From Octopus sinensis (lineage: Eukaryota), in contig NW_021831828.1 in assembly GCF_006345805.1 (NCBI RefSeq), positions 978 through 64,977 on the forward strand: a DNA stretch of 64,000 nt, written 5' to 3'. The notes under the pieces are model-generated. The model ran no database searches. It saw only the letters and a list, made by a program, of their open reading frames with translations, and was not told the DNA's origin. Positions 42,401-53,558 of the stretch are shown here, in pieces. How positions within the stretch are numbered: the first letter of the stretch is position 1; the number at the start of each line of letters is the position of its first letter. Both the position numbers and the translations under genes were made by a program.

Positions 42401-43299
42401 TAAATTGCCTAATATATTACGTAATTTTTGGAGGTCCCTATATGTAAAGATATATGGGTTCTTGAGATTATGTACTAAATTGCGTTATATACTTTCCAAT
42501 TTGGAGATGTTTCTAATTTTTAGGATATGGGGGTACTTGAGATTATATCATAAATTGAGTGAGTAACATTTATATTATGCAATTTGGGGAGGTCCAGGAT
42601 GTGAGGCTATGGGGGTTCTTTAGACTATATAATAATTTGCGTAATTAATTGCGTAAAATATGTAATTTGGAGAGGTCCCAGGATGTGAGGATTTACGGGT
42701 TCTTGAGATTAATTAATAAATTTCGTTATATATTTTCATTTGGAGATGTCTCTAAATGTTGGATATGGGGTTACTTGAGATTTTGAAATATATTATGTAA
42801 CATATTATGCAATTTGGGGAGGTGCCAGGATGTGAGGATTTAGGGGTACTTGAGATTATGTAATTAATTGCGTAATATCAACTACAATTTAAGAGGTCTC
42901 TAGATGTGTGAATAAGTGGGTACTTGAGATTGTGTAATAAATTGCCTAATATATTACGTAATTTTTGGAGGTCCCTATATGTAAAGATATATGGGTTCTT
43001 GAGATTATGTACTAAATTGCGTTATATACTTTCCAATTTATAGAAGTTTCTTAATTTTAGGATATGGGGCTACTTGAGATTATATCATAAATTGAGTAAC
43101 ATTTATATTATGCAATATGGGGAGGTTGCAGGATGTGAGGATATGGGGGTTCTTGAAATTATGTAATAAATTTCGTAATAAATTGCGTAAAATATGAATT
43201 TTGGAGAGTTCCCAGGATGTGAGGATATATTGGTTCTTGAGATTATTTAATTTAAAATTAGGCGTGCTACGCCTATTCCAATGCGTAGTCGGTAATCAC

Positions 43300-46200
43300 T
43301 CGATGTAATCATGCCACTCTGCGTACGCAAGTGCGAGAGCATTCTGTGCTTGTTTGCATAGTATTTAATCAGTTTGGTTGAATATATGAACAAGGTTTCC
43401 ATAGAGATCTCAAGTCAGCAAGATGCGGCAGTATTTTTATTCATAGAGGAGTAAATCGTAATTTACTTAATTTTGAATATTTCTTTACTTTTTAAAAAAT
43501 CCATATTCGTGACTTACTGCACAAAGAAGACGTCGATTAGAAATAAAGTAGCATAGAATTACATTATGATAAAACAAATTAATTCAGTGAAGCCAAAAAA
43601 AGAGAGTAGACAAGATCCTTTGGGGTAGAAGCAACGTCGACAAAGTCCACTGATTTAATACGCAGTGGCTTCAACTCCCATATACTCTCGAATATATAAC
43701 TTCCGTCTGAAACATTACCAGTGCCCACAATATACTAATCTTATCATAATATTGTATACCAGAAGGAATCTCAACAACTCTCGATAGAACACTTTCATAT
43801 TATCATCTCTAGAACATTCCAGAATATTTTTCACAAGTCGTGAAATTAGTTTATCCATAATTTTCTCAGCTAATTCAAAACGAATGAGAATATCAGAAAT
43901 GAAATAGTCAAACTATAAATGAAAGTAAAATTAAAACATGTTCTTTTACAGAATCAAATTCTAAAGACTTGTGGGTGATATTTGACAATATTTGGAGATA
44001 TCTAAAAAACACAGAAGAGCAATGACTATTCCCTTCCTCGAAAATCCCACTTTCTAATCCACATTGAATAGCAGTGTTAATAACCTACGAATCCAGTCGA
44101 TAAGAACGCAAAACTTTACTAAGTCGTTCCAATTCGGCCACTGTCAAAAAATTGAGAATAAAGCATAAAAAATATATAGCAGGAACTTGAGTCTGTTCAC
44201 AGCACAATAAACTTTGTACATGAATTATGCTGTCTACAAAATCATCACGATTAAGCGAAAAATCAATACAGGATGACTGTAATAAATAAGTCAATTCTAT
44301 ACAACAATCTAAAATTTATTATCGCGTAACATTACATCTTATCACATTCTGATTGGTCGACATGAGTCCACCAAAATAGTATTTTGTAATTTCATTTACA
44401 TCACAAATCGTGTAAAGGAGGCGACAAATAGCCGATACTCGCATTAAATTGAACTCGTATTCGGCAGCAAATAACTAGAAAATCTACCAAAAAGCACACC
44501 CTTTTGACAATATGAGGAAACAACATCTGGATACCCTCAGAGGTCATTATAAATTTTATATCATGTAGAAGACATATTAGCTTTTCCAAATATAAATACG
44601 TACTGCACATCACATCACCCGATGAAATATATAACTGCAAAATGAACCATCGAAAGATAGCGTCTGAGTGGACAGCAGAATTGTAGCCAATTTGGTCCTA
44701 TTTTTTGATTATTGCAAAACAACATTAATTAAGGAAAACATGGCCTGATGGGATTTGGAACTGTCAGACGAAAACAACAAATCAGCTTCCTTTTGTGTAA
44801 AATTTGACGAAAAGTAGTTTTTCAGTTCCTCGAAATGGGATTTCGAAGGGAAATCAAAACACCATTTCGTAAGCTTAAAATAACAAAAATAAAAACCGCA
44901 AAATCTAGATCATTTACACTTAGATCAAGTCGTCGAATCTATATTATATTCGAATGAATTATACTTTTCTTGATAATCCATCCTCATTAACATTATCCTG
45001 CCAATGAGAAAGAGTACAAATACGTTAATTTTGTTTGAAATTAAGTCTGTTTCGACAGCCAGCTTCGTTCTAAACTTATATAGTAGAGGAGTCGCTTCCT
45101 TGACAGGGAATTCATTAAACGATTCCAGATTGGTCTCCTACAATTTGAAATGCCAAATTTACAAAAATAGTCTCATTTGATATTGCAATGGATTCAGGTT
45201 TTAACTTCTTCCTTTCAATTTCTGCCAACTCGTAAATCTAATTGTTATTTTACAAATTATAATATATTTTTGTGGATAACCCAAAAAAATAAATTAACCT
45301 TGTTTTTCTTGTGATGATTTAGCGCGCTTATGTGTGAATGCACATTATTATCCCCAAAGCACACAATGAACATGGAAATAGCACAAAATGCAGCATTTCG
45401 GAGTGTGGGAGAAGAGTAGTCAGCATACTTTATATTTTTTTGCTGTAATATTACCTTTGTAAGTTTTTTTAGAATTAATCCAATTTTCTTATTTGGAATT
45501 CCGTCAAATGCCGTAGGATATCTTCCCATGTATCGAGCAAGAAACAATACTGTCTCCTCGATGACTTTATTCTCAGTTTTATTTAGAAGCTTTAAAATAT
45601 TCTCAACCAGTTCTTCAGCCATACACTTTGAATTAAAAAAAGTTACAAAACCGTTTCAGAAAATGAATCAACGTGATGCCTCAGAACGTCTGACCTGAGT
45701 CGATTCGCAGATTTTAAAATTAAAAATGTTGTCTCAAATAAATAATATGAATTACACGATCTGAAAAGAATTGAAATTGCTCAGATAGGTTTGTAGATAT
45801 GAGTTGGAGAATTTCTAAAATTTTGGATTTTATGACCTGTGAGTTCTCCTTTGCAAGGGACTAAGGTAGAGTAATAGGATTATTTACAAGTAGAAGTGAA
45901 TTGTGGAGAGATTTTAGATGTTCGTCGATTACTAAGTCTGAACCAATTCTTGATAGAATTGATTTGATCTCAAATAGTTGTTCTTGTCTTTCATTAAATG
46001 ATTTTGAAAACTGAAATTTAAAATTTTTTTAATACCAGTTTATCTCGATAATATGACAATTCAGGTATTTGTTGTTTATTAGTATACATAATGTAACACA
46101 AAAAACCAGAATGCAAATTGCGCTATTTATTAAGAATTAATAAATATTTAAAATAATGTATAAATAATTTAGAAAATTATTTGAAAAAATTATTTTCCAA
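43300..46200 (-). CDS. Unidentified multi-exon gene with HEAT/TOG-like helical repeats; boundaries approximate
   Basis: Exon 45257-45622 (SSPTLRNAAFCAISMFIVCFG) resembles a HEAT repeat; further short helical ORFs lie downstream, separated by intron-sized gaps. Confidence 0.4.
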
Positions 46201-46289
46201 TACCAAATTTAATTTTATCACGATGATTAAATTTTAGAAATGATAACGTAAACAAAGTTTGATTAAGTGGCTGATTGGATAGTTGAGAG

Positions 46290-46690
46290 TCTAAGGGTCA
46301 GCTCACAACACCGCACTGAGTATTGAATGGCAGTTTCCGCAAAGCATAGGGACGAAGATTCGCTGAAAGAGTTTGCTCGTGTCCTTCCAGTTGTTTATTT
46401 TTTAGGATATTCTCCTACCAATCTCAGTGAGGAGTTGAGTAGCTGCCTTGCAGTGATTCTTAAGGGTTTTAAGGCAAAAGGTTTTTAAACCAAAATTAAA
46501 GCGTTCAAATACCCAGGTATCTCGTCCTCTTTAACTGAGCACTGGCTGAGCGCTGGTTGCGGCAAATCTTCAGTAGCGTCGTTGTCAAACATGAGTCGAA
46601 ACAGGTGGCGTTCCAAACCAGAAAGTTGCCTTCCCTGAATGGAAAGATCATCATCTCGTTGGGACACTCATCGTCGCTCCGTACTTCGTT
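46290..46690 (-). mobile_element. Degenerate CRE-clade 3' fragment
   Basis: Minus strand IFPFREGNFLVWNATCFDS (RLE region); similar to 10630-11000. Confidence 0.65.
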
Positions 46691-47537
46691 TCAGCCTTTT
46701 TGGACTATAGGAATCACGGGGAAATCAGGGCCAAGTTTAACTTTATATAATAGATTTCTTGAAAGTTTCTGGTTGAAGTTATTTATAAAGCCTAAATGAC
46801 CCTATAAGCCTTGAGGTCTCACCTCTATTAGTGTGAGGCTGTGATAGCTTTTTCATGCTATTAGCTGCATAGCCCGGATATTCCGCTTGCAAGATATGTA
46901 TGAAAAGAACTTATTTTAGCACGTACGTTACCACACAACCTCAATGGTTCGAGAATCAACAGGAAGCTCGTAAAATTGTGGGATCAGTTGGTAGCAAATT
47001 CAAGTCCAGTCTCAGTCCGGTTCTGATTAACTTTTAGCGTGCCAATAAGTTGACCTGTGCATTTTAACATCCCAAAAAACTTCTTTTTGTCTTTCCAATC
47101 GATGATGCCATACACTTTCAAACTCTCTTTTCAATTTCTTTGGATTTGTCGGCTGACGACTTGCAGGAATTTTGGGGAACCTCCCAATTCCTTCAGAGAT
47201 GTCAAGAAAGAAGAATTGGGGTGAGTTCTGGACAGCAAAAAAAAATTGAACTATGCCGATTTTGTAAATTTTATTTTTAAAAAAATTTGAATTTTTTACC
47301 GGCTTGTGGAGATGAATGATACAGTTGTCATGCGAAAATTTGCAAAACTGAAGGACTATGAACTTCCCCGTACTGAAATGGAGTCAGTTGCCTTCCTTCA
47401 AGAGGTTGGAATCTTTCCTAAAGAAAAAAAATGTCAAAACAGACATTTTATGACCCTTCTCCAACAGCAGGAGAGTACAACATGGGTGTGCCATAAAAGT
47501 GGGTGTCGAACATATAGTTCAAGTGAGTCATTTAGAC

Positions 47538-48403
47538 CAGCGGTTCTCAAATGCGGCCCCCGGGGCCGCATGTGGCCCCCAGGATTTTTTTTGCGGCCCC
47601 TCTAGAGTAACTAACTTTTTTAATTTTTTAATAATGTTTAAATTTAATTATTCATTCTTAAGGTTAAACATATCCATAATTGGTGATTTCATTAATCAAT
47701 TTGAAGCACGTTTTGGGGTACATTTATATAAATTGGCACAGCGGCGAGGAGGGCAAAGACCCGGAAGAAAGACAAGTACGCCTCGCTCGCCGACAGATTC
47801 CTCTTTGTGCCTGTTTCAGTCGAAACATCAGGCACATTCGGCCCAGCCACGCTACGTTTTCTCACCGAGAGAGGCCGTCACCTCGGGAGGATTAGAAACG
47901 ACCCCCGCGAGGTCAATCGGCTTTTTGAGCGCGTCTCAATAGCCGTACTCAGGGGGAACAGTTTCTCTATTCTCTCTGCGGCTAGTAGCTGACTTCCTGT
48001 TCCATTTTCTTTTCTATTTCGAAATTAAAAAAAAAATTTATATAAATTTAATTTTTAGAATTTTAAAGAATTCCTTCCTTTAATGAGAATATTCTCAACT
48101 CCATTCAGCGTGGAAATTAAGGATGCGCCTGCAAAGTTTCAACTAGAACTCATTAATTTACAACATGATATAGAACTGGCGGCATTGTTCAAAAATGCGT
48201 CCATTATTAATTTTTACGAATTAATTCCTCAAGACAAATTCAAAAATATAACACACAATGCATATATAAATCTACATATTTATGCGAATCAATATTTAGT
48301 AAAATGGAAAATATAAAAAAATATAAAATATTTTTTGTGCGGCCCGCGAAGCTAATCTTAATTATCGATTTGGCCCTTGAGCTAAAAAGGTTGAGAACCC
48401 CTG
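47538..48403 (+). mobile_element. hAT (Buster/Charlie-like) non-autonomous element nested in Merlin
   Basis: TIRs CAGCGGTTCTCAA / TTGAGAACCCCTG; 8-bp TSD ATTTAGAC at 47530-47537 and 48404-48411. Remnant FSTPFSVEIKDAPAKFQLELINLQ. Confidence 0.9.
47735..48035 (+). mobile_element. 300-bp 5'-truncated CRE 3' end nested in the hAT
   Basis: PVSVETSGTFGP...RLFERVSIAVLRGN; poly(A); TSD ATTTATATAAATT at 47722-47734 and 48036-48048. Confidence 0.88.
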
Positions 48404-48912
48404 ATTTAGACAACTCCTTCGATGAGCTAATAGATGCCATCGTCAAATTTTGTCCGCCGAATATCACGCTTCGTACTACCAGCTGACCTTTTTTATTGTA
48501 ATAAAGATTTTTTCACTGAGGGATAAGCATCTTTATTAACCAACAACTGTATCTTTTTAGACAGGTGGTCGTTAATAGCTCAGATTTAATTTTGTCGGTA
48601 TTGTTTTGACACCACTAAGCCGGTAAAAAATTCAAATTTTTTTAAAAATAAAATTTACAAAATCGGCATAGTTCAATTTTTTAAATTTTCGATCTAATAT
48701 TCATAAAAATTTTCATTAATTAATTTAGTGCCTATTTTCGTGATTCATGAAATGCAACAGTACCGATTTGGTACTTTAAGTTTTGATTTTTATTAGTTTT
48801 TCAATATTAGAAACAAATTTTTATCTGATAAAATGAATGCTCAATCATTTAATTTCGTAAAAATACATTTTTAACCACATCACAGGTAAAGCAAAACAAC
48901 ATTTTCTTTTTC

Positions 48913-48922
<10 letters not shown>

Positions 48923-48946
<24 letters not shown>

Positions 48947-49611
48947 AGGCAAACTTATTGTTAATGAACGAAAAGAGTTAAAATGCGCAGCGAATCGACT
49001 GGCAATTCCCGCGCATGATGGCCAATGAGATCCTTTGAAAGAGTCTGATCGACTCGTTGGGATCTTTCGTGGCAACCACGAGCTTAGATCCAAGGCGACG
49101 GAGAAACGATAGCGTCTGCGGACCGATGACTCCAGAGGTTTCCACCGCGACTGCAGCGAATAGGTGATTCATGGCCAGGACCCGGTACTTCTTCTGTTTT
49201 GTTAGTTCCGCCTGCTTTGCAACTGAGCCCGGTTCCGCAGCGGAGGCAATTAGATTCTTGGCGGAGAAAGTGTCGGAGCAGGTGGCGTCCCAGATAAGGC
49301 ATTTCCCCTTTTCAAACGGGAAGATTGTCATGCCATCCGGGCGCTTACCGTCGCCTCTGTCGAGCCCGACTGGTTCGAGCTCATTAGGAAACCCCGCCGT
49401 CGTTAGGGCACGGCTCACGGTGTCGTTGATGGCGGCGTGTCGTGGGAAACGTCCGGCACTACGTGAGCAGGAGAGGGGATGATGGCCATAAGGGTCCACT
49501 CTTAAACCGCAGCGGCACTGGTGTGTTTTGCAAATGGGAAGTCCGAGGCGGAGAGAGACGGAAATCCTTACACAGTCGTTGTCCATTAAGGTGCCGATTG
49601 ACGCCATATTT
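48923..49611 (-). mobile_element. Young 5'-truncated CRE-clade copy (RLE domain intact)
   Basis: 209-aa open frame with CRC..DPYGHHPLSC..RH and GKRPDG..WDATC. 26-nt T run at 48921-48946 is the poly(A) tail; candidate TSD TTTGTATT at 48915-48922 and 49612-49619. Confidence 0.9.
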
Positions 49612-49940
49612 TTTGTATTATAATCAAAATAATAATTACTTATTTTGTCACGTGATATCTAATCTAATAAACCTGATAAGATAAGTTTTATACAAATTAT
49701 TATAAACATAGTTTTATCGTAAAAAAATATTTTTATAAAAATCACAGGATCTTTTCATAACCTCACTCTCGAAATATTGATTGTAGGGTCCATATGTTTC
49801 CTACACGTGGATTAAATTGATTATTTTATCTCTTGATTTTTAAAATTCTTGGGACGAAAATTAGTCGATACGTCAATGAAATCGCGATTGTCAGTTATAC
49901 ATATGTTTAGTTTAAACATCGCTGTATATTTTATTTATAT

Positions 49941-51723
49941 ATGCTCATTGAAAAAATAGTTTTTTTAGGTGAATTATTATTTACTTTACTTTAGTATTTT
50001 GTTTCAGAATATGCATAAATATGGCAGAAAATGCCTTGTTTGATGCTTTGATCGTCCAAAGTCAATATAATCGAAATGCACGACCACTGGAAAACAACTC
50101 ATTTGACAAACCAGTCGACGTTCGATTAGGATTAAGACTAATTCAGATCACCGACGTGGTGAGAATTCGGTTTATATTTTAGGACGAAAAACGTCAAATC
50201 CTCACGTCTACTCTTCGAATATATCACGTTTTTATTTAAAACTACTTTTTAAGCGTTGGACAGATCCAAGGTTGGTGTGGAATCCAAAAGAATACGAAAA
50301 CATCAAGTTAATGCACATTCCTTCTCGTCTCCTATGGGTTCCGGATATTGGACTTTACAATAAGTTATCCATATTTGTTACGCAACAGTGCCGATGGAAA
50401 TTATGAAATCCCATTAAAAACGAACACTCAGGTGTATTTCAACGGAACAATCATATGGGAACCTGCTGCGATCTACAAAAGTTCATGTCCTATCAACGTT
50501 GAGTTTTTCCCTTTCGACATTCAAGAATGTTACTGGAAATTCGGCTCCTGGACTTACGACGGATCAAAGATAAATCTGATTCACAAAGAAAATAATCTCT
50601 CTAAAAAAGAAACAGACGAACATGGAATCGATTTGACAGAATTCTACCCGAATATCGAATGGGAAGTACTTTCAGTGACAGCAGAGAAGAAAGTCAAGTT
50701 CTACGAGTGCTGTATCGAGCCATATATCGATATATTTTTCTACATCACAATAAGGAGAAAAACAGTGTTTTATCTCGTCAACTTTCTCTTTCCGTGTGTT
50801 TGCATTTCCTTTCTTACGATCCTTGTATTTTATCTCCCTGCCGGATCAGGAGAAAAGATAACTCTGAGTATTTCGATTCTTTTGTCCTTGGCTGTGTTCA
50901 TCCTTCTTTTGGCTGATATTGTGCCCCCGACCTCCCTTGTGATCCCTCTCATTGGCAAATATCTTTTGTTTACTGTTATTTTGGTGACACTTTCCGTCAT
51001 TTTGACAGTGATTGTGCTCAACGTTCACTTCCGGTCGTGTTCTACACATCGAATGCCTATTTGGGTCAAACTACTTTTTTTGTGGGTGTTGCCCTCGTTG
51101 CTTAGAATGCAGAAACTTTATGGATCATTTGAATCAAGCAATAACGACAAAGGATTTGTGAGATTTCTCTACAAATTTCAACAAAAACGAAACAAGCTTA
51201 TAAAGGCATTAAAAAAGTGGTATTATATCAAAAAAGACTCCATAATTGGGAAGAGACCGGCAAGTCCTGTCAGGACTACAACTCCGACGGGAGTCGAAAC
51301 AGAAGCATCGTTGAATTTAAGGAACGACAGTGTTGAACACCTCAATATTTGCATTCGACATAAGATCGATCAAAAGACTAGATACTCAGAATCCATTCGG
51401 AGATCAATTGGTTATGAAAATCAATTTAAACAAAACGAAGAAAAAGAAACGAAAAATCGAATTTTGGGAAATTTGCTGAGTGAATCAATTCAAAGTTGTA
51501 TCGAAGCAGTCAGATTTATCTCAGATATAATGAAGGAAGAAGAGGCAAAGAGTTGTGTATGATTACTTTTTAAACTTTTTAGTCCATGTCAGATTGGCAA
51601 TTTGTCGCTATGGTTTTAGACAGGCTGTTTTTGTGGATTTTTTTTGTAGCGATTTTGATTGGATTTTATACAATTGTCCTTTCTGCGCCAACCTTAGTTG
51701 ACCGTAGAGCTGCAATTGCTTAA
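49941..51723 (+). CDS. CHRNA-like: Nicotinic acetylcholine receptor alpha subunit
   Basis: LWVPDIGLYN, Cys-loop CPINVEFFPFDIQEC, WTYDG, vicinal loop-C cysteines FYECCIEPY, M1-M3, and DWQFVAMVLDRLFLWIF before M4. Introns 49969-49994, 50159-50182, 50228-50253, 50364-50388 and 51557-51582. Confidence 0.94.
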
Positions 51724-52329
51724 ATGCTATTTTATGTGTACTAACCATTTTAAAAATGCTATTTCAATTTAATACATAAACGAAAAAACGTTAGTTAATC
51801 CTTGTTGTCTTTGTCCACGATGAGTCAACAAAACCTCACTCATTAAGGAGCATTACGGTTTAATACCATTTTGAGAATCAAACTTTTCCCATTTGAGTCA
51901 GATGGGTCATGGTTTTATATAACAAAACACCAACAACAAGCGCCCGCGAATCCACAGACCCGTAGGTTACTGAGTTTTCGCTTACACCAGTCGCACAAAG
52001 AGAATTGTTCATTAGATAACAAGAAAGTTAATTATTCTTACTAGAGCCATATCCGAAATTATTGAGTCCTTGTCTCATCAGTTTTCTTTTAGCTGTTGGC
52101 GGCTGTAACGACGCCAGGAAGCTCGTGACGTCCCATCCATAAGTCCATATATGTCATGACGGCGTCACTTGTCAAACCCAATCGGAGCATCCGGGACAGG
52201 CAAGGAGATTATTACCAGACCACTCATGCTTTTATATAAGGCGACAAAAATACTGAACGTTGCTATTATCAAAAAGTAAAAATTTATAATAACAAATTAG
52301 TAAATTAATTAGAGTGGAAAATATCTTAT

Positions 52330-52589
52330 CGAGATAATATTGAATCCAGCTTCCTCCTCTTTGTTTCCGATCCGCCTCCTCCTGCCAGACTCATGTGTCG
52401 GGATAAGACGTTCATGTGCTTGGCAGGTTCCACTAATGTCTCATGGTGGGTACTTTCTCCATTCATTCGCTCATTGATTGCCCTAACATCCATTCCAATA
52501 CTTGTTACGTTATTCGCCCTCGTAGCTGAGAGTATGTATTCCGGACGCATGCCCTCTAATGTCTTTCTAATCACGATCGTTTGGACATA
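52330..52589 (-). mobile_element. 3' end of an R4/NeSL-type RLE retroelement split by Tc1
   Basis: YVQTIVIRKTLEGM matches the C-terminal QSTVLERTLES of the 5136-5663 copy and lies directly beyond the Tc1 TA. Confidence 0.55.
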
Positions 52590-53558
52590 CAGTGGGCCCA
52601 AAAAGTCATGGCACCACTTAATAAATTTCAGTATTTACGTTTTTACCCATAAAATATGAAGTATTTTGACTTTTAATTATTTTTTTTGAAAAATTAAAAA
52701 GATTCTGATTTAGAAAATAATTTTAAATCCTTAAAATATTGATAATTGACAAAGAAAAAACAACTTTTTTTAATTTTTAGCGTTATTGAAGGGTCAAAAA
52801 GTGTTGGCACTTTTATATCTACAGTTTTAGTTTAAGTGCATATGATAAGAGAATGTCATTTTGTCAGATTATTTCTTTTAAGTTTTCTTCACAAAAGCTT
52901 TGTTATCACTTAATAACGCATTATCAATATTGATATTACAAAAACAGCCGTTTTTAGCACTACTTTATGGGAAATCGAAAGGAATATTCTTTTGAGCTAA
53001 AACAGATGATTGTCAAGTCCCACCAAGAAAAAAAAGTTACAAGCAAATTTCCAGACAATTTAATATTCCGAAAAGCTCAGTAAGGAATAAAATAGTCCGT
53101 TGGAAAGAACGAGGAAATGTTTGCAATAAATCGAGGTCTGATGCACCTAAAAAGATATCGAGCCGTTCTTTTTCAATGATAAAAAGGAGTGTGGCAAATA
53201 ATCTCAGAATTATTAGAAGCAAGCTGGTAGATGATTTAGAGACCGTGGGAATAAAAGTTGGTTTATCTACGATAACTAATACATTGCGCAAACAAGGAAT
53301 TCATAAAAGGGGGGCACGACATATTCTTTTACTAAGAAAAGTCCATATATCAGCGCGACTAAAATTCGCTCAGAATATTTTAAATAAAGATTTAAAATAT
53401 ATAATGAACATATTATGGTCAGATGAAACCAAAATGGAACTTTTTGGCCTCAATTATAACAAATACACCCCTCGTCACCGAAAACCGGACAAGCCATTTT
53501 TTATGATTTTATTAATTAAATACGAAAAATCAAAAACTTACGCTTAATATTTTTACTT

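Larger units (their letters stand above)
28452..43251. repeat. 14.8 kb complex satellite: 72-79 bp diverged monomers in 7-mer (~520 bp) and 6-mer (~448 bp) higher-order repeats
   Basis: The anchor T[AT]CTTGAGATT-like motif recurs at 32061, 32133, 32207, 32282, 32356, 32431, 32510 and 32582. CAGGATGTGAGG recurs at 32041 and 32561. All copies are head-to-tail, and the + strand is G-rich and C-poor. Confidence 0.96.
47237..48732 (+). mobile_element. Merlin (IS1595/ISXO2-like) deletion derivative, left end truncated
   Basis: About 65-bp perfect inverted repeat at 47241-47305 and 48617-48682. N-terminal AFLQEVGIFPKEKKC..H.M......WVCHKSGC and C-terminal SFDELIDAIVKFCPP. Probable right end ...TTAGTGCC at 48732. 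Confidence 0.62.

Noticed and set aside
28452-43251. CRISPR-like repeat/spacer appearance
   Set aside because: The intervening sequences are themselves repeated, there are no unique spacers and no cas genes, and the context is eukaryotic.
28452-43251. TTAGGG-like words (GATTTAGGGGTAC) as telomeric repeats
   Set aside because: They occur singly within monomers, never as tandem hexamers.
51730-52330. Possible viral or densoviral remnant
   Set aside because: No recognisable motif; the adjacent ORF is better explained as an RLE retroelement C-terminus.
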